DNA from: Allosphingosinicella sp.
GTDB lineage: Bacteria > Pseudomonadota > Alphaproteobacteria > Sphingomonadales > Sphingomonadaceae
Reading direction: 5' to 3'
DNA length: 35,414 nt
Assembly (NCBI GenBank): GCA_036399955.1
Contig: DASWMB010000065.1
Span: 1 to 35,414, forward strand
Shown here: positions 20,658 to 27,932 of the stretch, one piece after another
Position numbering within the stretch: the first letter of the stretch is position 1
Layout of the letters: every line of letters begins with the position of its first letter
Notes under the pieces: model-generated
What the model saw: only the letters and a program-made list of their open reading frames with translations
Databases searched by the model: none
What the model was told of the DNA's origin: nothing
Position numbers and translations under genes: made by a program

Positions 20658-21332
20658 TTACGCCCTCTCGGCGATCTTGGACCAGCTGTTGCCCTCGATG
20701 CTGTGGTCGCCCCAGCGCCAGGTGCGGCCTTCGCCGTCGAAGACGCGGACCGAAAGGAGCGCGCCGTAGCCGCCGGTCTGGCGCGGGTTGACCCACCAGC
20801 CGGCCGACGGGTCGAACAGCTTCACCTCGCCGTCGCCGACGACCAGCGCGCAGGCTTCGTGATAGATCACGTCCTCGTCGATCCAGTGGGTGGAGACCTT
20901 TTCCTCCTCCCACTTGCCCTGCCACTGGGATGTCGCCTCGGTCGTATATTGCTGGACGAACTGGGCGGGGAAACTGACGAGGCCGCGCTCGGCGAAGAGC
21001 TCGCGCGCCATGCAGCCCAAAGCGCCGCAATCGAGCGTGTCGCGCTCGACCGCGTCGCACCAGTGGATCGGCCAGCCCGAGGGCCCCCAGGTCCAGCGCT
21101 GCCGCAACCACCGCGGGCCGCTCAACGCGTCGGCGCCGTTCAGCTGGGCGAAGTCGTAGGCCATCACCCACTCGCGGGCGACGTCGCAGCATTCCGCGCC
21201 GTGATGCGAGATGCAGCTGTAAGGGAAGGCCTCCCAGCGCGCGCTCGGGCAGGGCCGCGGCGCGACCTCCGGCTCGAGGATGAGATCGAGGCGGTTATCC
21301 GCGGCCGAATACATAGGACATGCTCCTGTCAT
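20658..21332 (-). CDS. hypothetical protein, transglutaminase-like (papain-fold) Cys-His-Asp pattern
   Basis: LDCGAL..MARELF...G, then YHEAC and FDP in transglutaminase-core order; overlaps the end of the upstream gene (alternative ATG at 21314). Confidence 0.55.
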   Translation of the reverse strand: MTGACPMYSAADNRLDLILEPEVAPRPCPSARWEAFPYSCISHHGAECCDVAREWVMAYDFAQLNGADALSGPRWLRQRWTWGPSGWPIHWCDAVERDTLDCGALGCMARELFAERGLVSFPAQFVQQYTTEATSQWQGKWEEEKVSTHWIDEDVIYHEACALVVGDGEVKLFDPSAGWWVNPRQTGGYGALLSVRVFDGEGRTWRWGDHSIEGNSWSKIAERA

Positions 21333-23571
21333 AACCGCCGGCGTCGCAGAACACGATGAGGTCGCCGGCTTGCGTGCCTTCGGGAAGCTTGACGTTCGTC
21401 GCGACGATGTCGTGCTCCATGCACAGCCGGCCCATCAGATGGGTCTTGCCGCGCGTCAGCGCCTGCCATTCGCCGGTCCGCCTGCACTTCCGAAGCATGC
21501 GGTGGGGGTAGAAGAAATACATCGGGAGCTCGGCGATCGAGGCGTCGACGACCGCCTCGACGCGCTCGTCCTCATGCTCCTGGACCTCGAGGACGCGCAT
21601 CGCGAGCGCCATCGAGGGCTGCGCCATCGCCTTGCCGGGCTCCGAGACGATCTGGCGGACGCCGGGCAGCATCGCGCGGACGGTCTCGACCGCCTTGGCG
21701 AAATCGCCCTCCTCGCCGTCGTGCCAGTCGTCCGGGAACCAGCCGCCGCCCATGTCGAGGATCTCGATGGTGCGGCCCGAGAGCTTCTCGATCGAGCGGC
21801 ACCATTTCAGGATCGATTCGAACAGGTGCCACCACTGGGCAACGCCGATATTCGCCGAGGCCATGTGGAAATGGACGCCGAACTTCGTGTCCGTGGGAAG
21901 CCGCTTGACGCCGTCGACGAGCTTCCTGAACGTGCCGGGGCTGTCGAGCGGGATGCCGAAGCGCGAGACCACGTTCGGGGTGCGGATGCGGATGCCGACC
22001 GTGTTCGACGCAAGATCGCCCGCCTCCAGCGCCGCCACCGTCCGTTCGAGGTCCGCGATCGAATCGCAGAAGACGGCGTGGAGCGGCCCGTCCGGGAGCA
22101 TGTTCTCGGGCCACCATTTGCCGGGGCCGTTCAGGATGCATTCGTCGGTGCGGAAGCCGACCTTCAGCGCCGCCTGGATCTCGGCGAGGCTGATCCCTTC
22201 GGCGAGGAAACCGTTGTCGCGGGCGAGCTTGATGAGGCGCGGGTCCGGATTGGTCTTGATCGAATAGGCGTTCACCACCTGGGTCTCGTTGGTGCTGAGC
22301 CGGTGGGCGCGCTCGTTCGCCTTCTTGAACAGCGATTCCGCCGTCGATTCGAGGAACAGGAATTCGGGCGTCTGGACGGTGTCGAAGTCCATGCTCGAAA
22401 GGTCCGCGATGAAGCTGTCGGGGACCTTGGGCGCCTCGCCGCCCGTGTCCGCGATCTCCTCCGCCTCGAGCAGTGCCGCGTCGCGCTTGTGGAGGCGCTC
22501 GGCCAGCGAGGGAAGGCCAGAGGGGTGCTTCATCGAATGGCCGATCGCGCCGGCAAAGGGCTCCGGGAGCGGCGGAAGCGGGTAATCGGGACGCACGGGC
22601 ACTTCGAGGACGACGCGAGTGAACTCTTCGCTCTCGGCGCGCTCGGGCCGGGCGATGACGCCGGTCGCCGCCTGGACGAGGCGAGCGGGAAGGTTGGTGC
22701 CGGCGATGGTGGCGCCGTGCACCCAGGCGGGGAAGCGCGGATTCCACTCGAGCAGCCAGAGCTGGTTCTTCGGGTCGCGCACCATCTCCAGCTCGCCGCC
22801 GCCGGTCCAGTTCAGCTCGCGCACGATCCGGCGGAGCGGGCGGAGGAACTCGTCCGGGACCGTGCCGATGTCCCCTGCCCAGGTCTTGCCCTCCGGCGTG
22901 ATGTCGCGCTTGCGCATCGACACGGCGCCGAGCAGCTCGCCGCGATAGGCCGAGAGCATCACCGATTCCTCATAGCCGCCGACATGGGCCTGGAGGAAAA
23001 GCTTGCTCGTCGACCAGACCTTGGTGAGCGCATTGCGGGCGGCTTCGAACACGTCCCAGCTCGGCGTCCGCGCGGCGTCGTAATAGGGGCCTTTCAGCCA
23101 GACGCGCCAGTTGTGCTGGCGGCAGAAGGCGTGGAGGTCCCAGTCGGGAAGATCGGTCGAGACCCAGGTCGGGATCGTGACCGGAAGGCCTTCATGCGCC
23201 TCCACGTCGGGCTTTCCGATCCGCTTCAGCGCGCCCATCGGCGGCGCGAGCAGGTTGCGGTGCCCTTCGGGGAAGACGTCGGCGAGCCACAGCGCCTCGA
23301 GATCGCTGCCCGAGATCCAGCAGGCGCCGCCGTCGAGCAGCGCCCTCACCTTCTCGGCATAGCTGTCGAGATCGAGCTCGTCCCATGGGCGCTGGATCCA
23401 GAGATCGTCCAGATCCTGCCAATGTATTCCGGAAACCCTGTTGGAATATTCGACGCCGATCAGCGTCGCGTTGGGGAAGCCCTGCCGCAGGGAGCGAATG
23501 ATTCCGACGCCGGGCTGCGGATTGCCGCCGGAATAGAGGCCGCTGACATAGATCTTCATGTTCGAAAGCAA
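21295..23571 (-). CDS. ATP-grasp ligase fused to fold-III PLP-dependent (Orn/DAP/Arg-type) decarboxylase
   Basis: N-half WLKGP, LFLQ, ELEM, LLEWNPRFP; C-half AYSIKTN (PLP Lys), LNGPGK, SRFG, HFHM, LDMGGG, SEPGK, GRLCMEHD, AGGY; TTG start after GGAGAGG or ATG at 23559. Confidence 0.85.
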   Translation of the reverse strand: MLSNMKIYVSGLYSGGNPQPGVGIIRSLRQGFPNATLIGVEYSNRVSGIHWQDLDDLWIQRPWDELDLDSYAEKVRALLDGGACWISGSDLEALWLADVFPEGHRNLLAPPMGALKRIGKPDVEAHEGLPVTIPTWVSTDLPDWDLHAFCRQHNWRVWLKGPYYDAARTPSWDVFEAARNALTKVWSTSKLFLQAHVGGYEESVMLSAYRGELLGAVSMRKRDITPEGKTWAGDIGTVPDEFLRPLRRIVRELNWTGGGELEMVRDPKNQLWLLEWNPRFPAWVHGATIAGTNLPARLVQAATGVIARPERAESEEFTRVVLEVPVRPDYPLPPLPEPFAGAIGHSMKHPSGLPSLAERLHKRDAALLEAEEIADTGGEAPKVPDSFIADLSSMDFDTVQTPEFLFLESTAESLFKKANERAHRLSTNETQVVNAYSIKTNPDPRLIKLARDNGFLAEGISLAEIQAALKVGFRTDECILNGPGKWWPENMLPDGPLHAVFCDSIADLERTVAALEAGDLASNTVGIRIRTPNVVSRFGIPLDSPGTFRKLVDGVKRLPTDTKFGVHFHMASANIGVAQWWHLFESILKWCRSIEKLSGRTIEILDMGGGWFPDDWHDGEEGDFAKAVETVRAMLPGVRQIVSEPGKAMAQPSMALAMRVLEVQEHEDERVEAVVDASIAELPMYFFYPHRMLRKCRRTGEWQALTRGKTHLMGRLCMEHDIVATNVKLPEGTQAGDLIVFCDAGGYDRSMSYVFGRG

Positions 23572-23719
23572 TACCTCTCCGTCGCCGGGAACCGGCGTGA
23601 TGCGCGAAAAGTTCGTCGCCGAACTTGATGTGGACTGTAAGCGGCGCGATAGACGTAAAATACTGTTGCGCCACCAACACAGATTAAGGCGGATATTTTT
23701 TAAAAACCGAGACCCGTTG

Positions 23720-23744
23720 AACGGCGGAGCGCCCCGCAGGTTCC
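23720..23744 (-). promoter_or_regulatory. consensus EcfG promoter for the ATP-grasp/decarboxylase operon
   Basis: Exact GGAAC-N16-CGTT on the minus strand. Confidence 0.7.
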
Positions 23745-23815
23745 GTTACGGTTCCGAAGCAGCCATTTGCGCCCCGGGCACAAGGGCTTAGCGCGCGAGA
23801 AGGGTATCGAGAAGG

Positions 23816-24484
23816 ATGGCCGGAGCGTTGCTTTACCCGAGCTATATGGACCTCGATCCCTGGATCGACGTGGCTTGGCTGAAGTCGCTCGACGGCTTCG
23901 TCACCGAGCGGCTGATGGAGCGGCTCGACGCTGCCGGCGATCTTGCATTCTACACGGGTCCGTTCCTGCTCAGCGACGCGGCGCCCCGCCTACCCGGTTC
24001 GCGAATGGTCTCGCTGACCGCGGGGGGGAACGAGGATTATTACGCGCTCGGCCAGGCGGACGTCTGGCGGCCGACGGCGGAGGCGAAGGCGTTCGCCCCG
24101 CTGATGGAATTTATCGCCACGCTGCCGTTCGAGGCCACGGGGCGGATGATCATCATGTACGACTTCGACGGCCGCGCCGTGCCGGCCCATCGCGACCATG
24201 AGAGCGCGGAGCTGTGCCACGAGTTCGTCTGGTTCCGGACGAACTTTTCGAAGCGCTTCTACATGCTGAACCCGGAGACGGGGGAGAAGCGCTACGTTTC
24301 CTCGCACAGCGCCTGGTTCGACACGGTCAATCAGTATCACGGCGCCGACGCGGCCCGCGGTCTGTCGTTCAGCATCCGCGTCGACGGCCGCTTCTCCGAC
24401 GACTTCCGCCGGCAGATCCCGGACGCGGCGGCCAATCCGGCGAGCGCGCCGGCGCTTTGGGCGGCGGCCGTCGTGGCACGATGA
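23816..24484 (+). CDS. hypothetical protein, putative Fe(II)-dependent cupin/DSBH oxygenase
   Basis: HRD (HxD) plus a distal His in WFDTVNQYHG, within beta-rich sequence resembling Asp/Asn beta-hydroxylase-like proteins; ORF well supported, function tentative. Confidence 0.5.
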   Translation: MAGALLYPSYMDLDPWIDVAWLKSLDGFVTERLMERLDAAGDLAFYTGPFLLSDAAPRLPGSRMVSLTAGGNEDYYALGQADVWRPTAEAKAFAPLMEFIATLPFEATGRMIIMYDFDGRAVPAHRDHESAELCHEFVWFRTNFSKRFYMLNPETGEKRYVSSHSAWFDTVNQYHGADAARGLSFSIRVDGRFSDDFRRQIPDAAANPASAPALWAAAVVAR

Positions 24485-24510
24485 GAAAGGGGCGGCCGAA
24501 GCCGCCCCCC
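24483..24510 (-). terminator. hairpin between convergent genes, likely terminator
   Basis: GGGGCGGC-CGAA-GCCGCCCC with TTTCTC following on the minus strand. Confidence 0.65.
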
Positions 24511-24533
24511 CAACGTCCCTCGAGAGGAACGAC

Positions 24534-24698
24534 TTATTGCGGGCCGAAATTCTTGTCGGCAGGGCCCTTGTAGCTCTCGCCGGGCGAGTGCGCCGGATTG
24601 CGCCGGCTGGGATGCTGGCCCGGCGGGAAGGGATGGCTGGCGGGCTTGTTGCCGCCGCCGGCGACGAGACCGAGCTCGTCCGTGTGAAGGTTGCGCAT
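24534..24698 (-). CDS. small peptide with double-glycine-type leader (54 aa, not in ORF track)
   Basis: Hand translation MRNLHTDELGLVAGG-GNKPASHPFPPGQHPSRRNPAHSPGESYKGPADKNFGPQ; strong GAGGAG SD; terminator downstream. Confidence 0.75.
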   Translation of the reverse strand: MRNLHTDELGLVAGGGNKPASHPFPPGQHPSRRNPAHSPGESYKGPADKNFGPQ

Positions 24699-24832
24699 GC
24701 TTTTCTCCTCTGTGCCGCGCGCCGAGGAGTAGCGCGCCGCCGAGGCAGGAATTCAGAAGCGGCGCGAAGGTTCAACGCCCCATTTACGCGTGTCCCGGAA
24801 CGGGACGATCGGCGCGCCTTTCCTGAAAGCCG

Positions 24833-24864
24833 AAAAAAAACGCCCCGGCCGGAGCCGGGGCGTC
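24833..24864 (-). terminator. intrinsic terminator of the glycine-zipper gene
   Basis: CGCCCCGGC-TCCG-GCCGGGGCG followed by T8 on the minus strand. Confidence 0.85.
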
Positions 24865-24901
24865 TTCCAATCGCGAAGCCTGGATACTGGGCTCCGAGTT
24901 C

Positions 24902-25207
24902 TTAGCGGCAGCGGCGGGCGCTGCGGCCCCTCTGGACCTCGCGGCCGACCAGCGCGCCGACGGCGGCGCCGAGGATGGTGCCGGTGGCCCGCGAACGGCC
25001 GCCGTCGAGCGCGCGGCCGACGAGGGCGCCGCCGGCGCCGCCGACGATGAGGCCGGTGGTCCCGTTCGAGCGGCGGCAATAGATGCGGCCGTCGCGGCCC
25101 TGCCAGGTCGGCCCGTTATAGGCCTGGGCATGAGCGGTGGTGGTCATGACCGGCAGCGCCGGAACCGCGAGAGCCGCAGCCGAGGCGGCGATGAGAATCT
25201 TGCGCAT
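24902..25207 (-). CDS. glycine zipper 2TM domain protein
   Basis: Signal peptide; GTTGLIVGGAGGALVG...GTILGAAVGALVG; GAAGGAG SD. Confidence 0.9.
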   Translation of the reverse strand: MRKILIAASAAALAVPALPVMTTTAHAQAYNGPTWQGRDGRIYCRRSNGTTGLIVGGAGGALVGRALDGGRSRATGTILGAAVGALVGREVQRGRSARRCR

Positions 25208-25384
25208 GTGAATACTCCTTCACTCATTTTCTCTCTCGCGGGAGGTGCGGGCCCCGCGGGATGTGTGAAGGTCTAGACCGATTCGCCTGAGCCCCGTCTG
25301 AATCGAGGCGTTAGCTGAGGTTCAGGAGGATCAACGGGCGCGGCGCGCCGGGTAGCGGCTCGCTTCTCAATGTAAAGAGTTCGG

Positions 25385-25403
25385 TTAACGGCTTCTTTAC
25401 CAT
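25385..25403. promoter_or_regulatory. possible CtrA-box variant
   Basis: TTAA-N7-TTTACCAT in a divergent intergenic region. Confidence 0.35.
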
Positions 25404-25446
25404 GCCCGTTTACCTCCGCCCCGGGAATAATTTTGGGGGACGTGAG

Positions 25447-25752
25447 ATGAGCATCCTTTTTGCGGCGGCGCTGCTGCTCGGCCCGAGCGGGCTTCCGGAG
25501 ATCGACCGGCGATCGCTCGATCTTCAGGCACGCGCCGAGGCGCTGCAGCCGCGGCTCGCCCGCTCGCACCGCGAAGGGCTGTTCGAGCTCGAGGCGATGA
25601 CGACGGTGTGCCGGGCGGCGGGCAGCCAGACCGATCCGCGCGCGTTCCTCGCGACGCTGAGCCGCGCTTATGGCCTCAGCGCCACCGAGACGGCGGCGCT
25701 TCGCGGCAGCTGCGCCGCCTATCTCGCCGGCCGCGCCGACGGCCGCCGCTGA
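25447..25752 (+). CDS. hypothetical exported protein
   Basis: Hydrophobic N-terminus, two Cys, coding-like codon use. Confidence 0.6.
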   Translation: MSILFAAALLLGPSGLPEIDRRSLDLQARAEALQPRLARSHREGLFELEAMTTVCRAAGSQTDPRAFLATLSRAYGLSATETAALRGSCAAYLAGRADGRR

Positions 25753-25755
25753 GGC

Positions 25756-25947
25756 TCAGCGGCCGTCGCCCGGCTTGTCCGGCGACGGCACGTCGGTGTC
25801 GTAGGTCGAGGTGGATTTCGTCACCGCCGTCGGTGCGGGCGTGCGCAGCGCATATCCGGACGCCAGCCAGCCGAGTACCGCGAGCAGCAGCACGAGCAGG
25901 ACCAGCATGACGAGGCAGGAAGGCCGGGTCCATCGTGCGCACTGCAT
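25756..25947 (-). CDS. small single-TM hypothetical protein (63 aa)
   Basis: MQCARWTRPSCLVMLVLLVLLLAVLGWLA...; GAGGAG SD. Confidence 0.6.
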   Translation of the reverse strand: MQCARWTRPSCLVMLVLLVLLLAVLGWLASGYALRTPAPTAVTKSTSTYDTDVPSPDKPGDGR

Positions 25948-26142
25948 CTCATCTCCTCGCCCGGTTGCTTGGCACGGGTGAGCCGCTAAACCGCCGAGGA
26001 CGCGATCGGTGCCGCGGCGCTTGACAGTCCCGCGGCGGGGCAGCGGCGACGACAGCATTGGGCGCGCCGCCGCCATACGGTAGAAGCCGCAGGAGGCGTC
26101 AAACTCTATCTGAACCGGCCGCATGGCTGATTCGGCGCCGCG

Positions 26143-26541
26143 ATGGGGGATCGTGGGCGAGTGACACGGATATCCGGAACAACAACGATCGTGGCAGCAG
26201 CCCGGCTTGCCGGGCTCACGCTCGCGATCTTCGCCGCCCCGGCCGCGGCCGAGCAGGCGCGCGCCGTCCTCGCCGTCACCGCCACCGTCGTCCCCACCTG
26301 CTCGATCGAGCACCGTCCGGCGGCGCGCTACAGCGCCGACATCGCCTGCTCGACCGGGGCCACCGTCACCACCAAGACCGCGGCGCGCCATGACGCACAG
26401 CCGCTCGACGAAGCCGCCTCGCTGCTCGGCGCGCCCGTGAGGCGGAGCGGCGGCGTGGTCTTCACCGCGCCGGTCCGGGCGGCCTCCGCCGCGGCCGCCG
26501 CCGAGGCCGGCCAGCCGCAATATCTCACCATAACCTACTGA
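26143..26541 (+). CDS. secreted protein resembling a short spore-coat-U/Csu pilin-like domain
   Basis: Signal peptide, LAVTATVVPTC, second Cys, C-terminal YLTITY; start uncertain. Confidence 0.55.
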   Translation: MGDRGRVTRISGTTTIVAAARLAGLTLAIFAAPAAAEQARAVLAVTATVVPTCSIEHRPAARYSADIACSTGATVTTKTAARHDAQPLDEAASLLGAPVRRSGGVVFTAPVRAASAAAAAEAGQPQYLTITY

Positions 26542-26608
26542 TCGTTGCCGCTGGCGCCGCCGCGCCTGTTGCGCCTAGAAAGCGCGCCGGACAGCGACGA
26601 GGGGCGAC

Positions 26609-27913
26609 ATGACGGCAGGGGCGCAGGATCATCCGAACCGGGAGCTGAGGAAGGTCGTCGCGGCGAGCCTCGTCGGCACGATGATCGAGTGGTACGACTT
26701 CTTCCTCTACATCTCGGCCGCGGCGCTGGTCTTCAACGTCGTCTTCTTCCCGACCGCGGATCCCTGGACGGGCATTTTGCTCGCCTTCGGATCGAACGCG
26801 CTCGGTTTCTTCGCGCGGCCGATCGGCGGCATCGTCTTCGGCCATTATGGCGACCGCATCGGCAGGAAGCGCCTGCTGATGCTCAGCCTCGTGCTGATGG
26901 GTGCCGCGACCGTGCTGATCGGCCTCCTCCCGACCTATGGCCAGATCGGCGTCGCCGCGCCGATCCTGCTGGTGCTCCTGCGCCTCGTTCAGGGCTTCGC
27001 GGTGGGCGGCGAATGGGGCGGCGCCGTGCTGCTCGCCGCCGAGCATGGCGACGCGCGACGCCGCGGTTTCTGGGCTAGCTTCCCGCAGGCAGGCGTGCCG
27101 CTCGGGCTGGTGCTCGCCTCCGGCGTGCTCGCTTTGATGTCGGCGTTCCTCAGCGAGGCGCAGTTCCTCGCCTGGGGGTGGCGGATCCCGTTCCTGCTGT
27201 CGGCCGTGCTGGTGGGCCTCGGCTGGTGGATCCGCAATTCGGTGCCGGAGAGCCGGACCTTCGAGGATGCGGTCGCCGCGGCCGAAGCGCCGCCGCGGAT
27301 GCCGGCTCTCGAAGTCCTTCGCGAGCGTCCCCGCGCCCTCATCACCGGAGCGGGGCTCCGCGTCGGCGAGAACATCTCCTACTACATCATCACCGGCTTC
27401 TCGCTCACCTACATCACCAGCGCGGCGGGGCTCAGCCGGGACGTGGCGCTCCAGGCGGTGCTGATCGGATCGCTGGTCCACTGCCTCACCATCCCGCTGG
27501 CGGCGCGGCTCTCCGACGCGGTCGGCCGGCGCTGGGTCTACGCCGCGGGCGGGCTCGGCCTCGCCGGCTTCAGCTTCGCCTTCTTCCCGATGCTGGCGAG
27601 CGGCGACTATGGCACGATCGTCCTTGCGATCACGATCGGGCTCATCCTCCACGGCACGATGTACGGGCCGCAGGCGGCGTTCATCGCCGAGCTGTTCCCG
27701 ACGCGGATCCGCTATTCGGGCGCATCGATCGCCTACCAGCTCACCTCGATCGTCGCGGGCTCGCTGGCGCCGATCATCGCCACCGCCATCTATCGGGCGC
27801 AGCAGGACGCCTTCTGGATCGCCGTCTATGTGGGCGCGGCCTGCCTGGTGAGCGGCGTGACCGCCCTTCTCGCCCGCGAAACCAAGGGGTTGGAGCTGTC
27901 ATCGATCCGTTGA
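26609..27913 (+). CDS. MFS transporter, metabolite:H+ symporter (ShiA-like) family
   Basis: GTMIEWYDF, ARPIGG, GDRIGRK, QGFAVGGEWGGA, WGWRIPF, ELFPTRIRYSG. Confidence 0.93.
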   Translation: MTAGAQDHPNRELRKVVAASLVGTMIEWYDFFLYISAAALVFNVVFFPTADPWTGILLAFGSNALGFFARPIGGIVFGHYGDRIGRKRLLMLSLVLMGAATVLIGLLPTYGQIGVAAPILLVLLRLVQGFAVGGEWGGAVLLAAEHGDARRRGFWASFPQAGVPLGLVLASGVLALMSAFLSEAQFLAWGWRIPFLLSAVLVGLGWWIRNSVPESRTFEDAVAAAEAPPRMPALEVLRERPRALITGAGLRVGENISYYIITGFSLTYITSAAGLSRDVALQAVLIGSLVHCLTIPLAARLSDAVGRRWVYAAGGLGLAGFSFAFFPMLASGDYGTIVLAITIGLILHGTMYGPQAAFIAELFPTRIRYSGASIAYQLTSIVAGSLAPIIATAIYRAQQDAFWIAVYVGAACLVSGVTALLARETKGLELSSIR

Positions 27914-27932
27914 CTCCGCGCCGCGCCTGGGC

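Noticed and set aside
21295-22450. lysA assignment
   Set aside because: Fused to ATP-grasp and divergent at substrate/PLP motifs; only a family-level call is supportable
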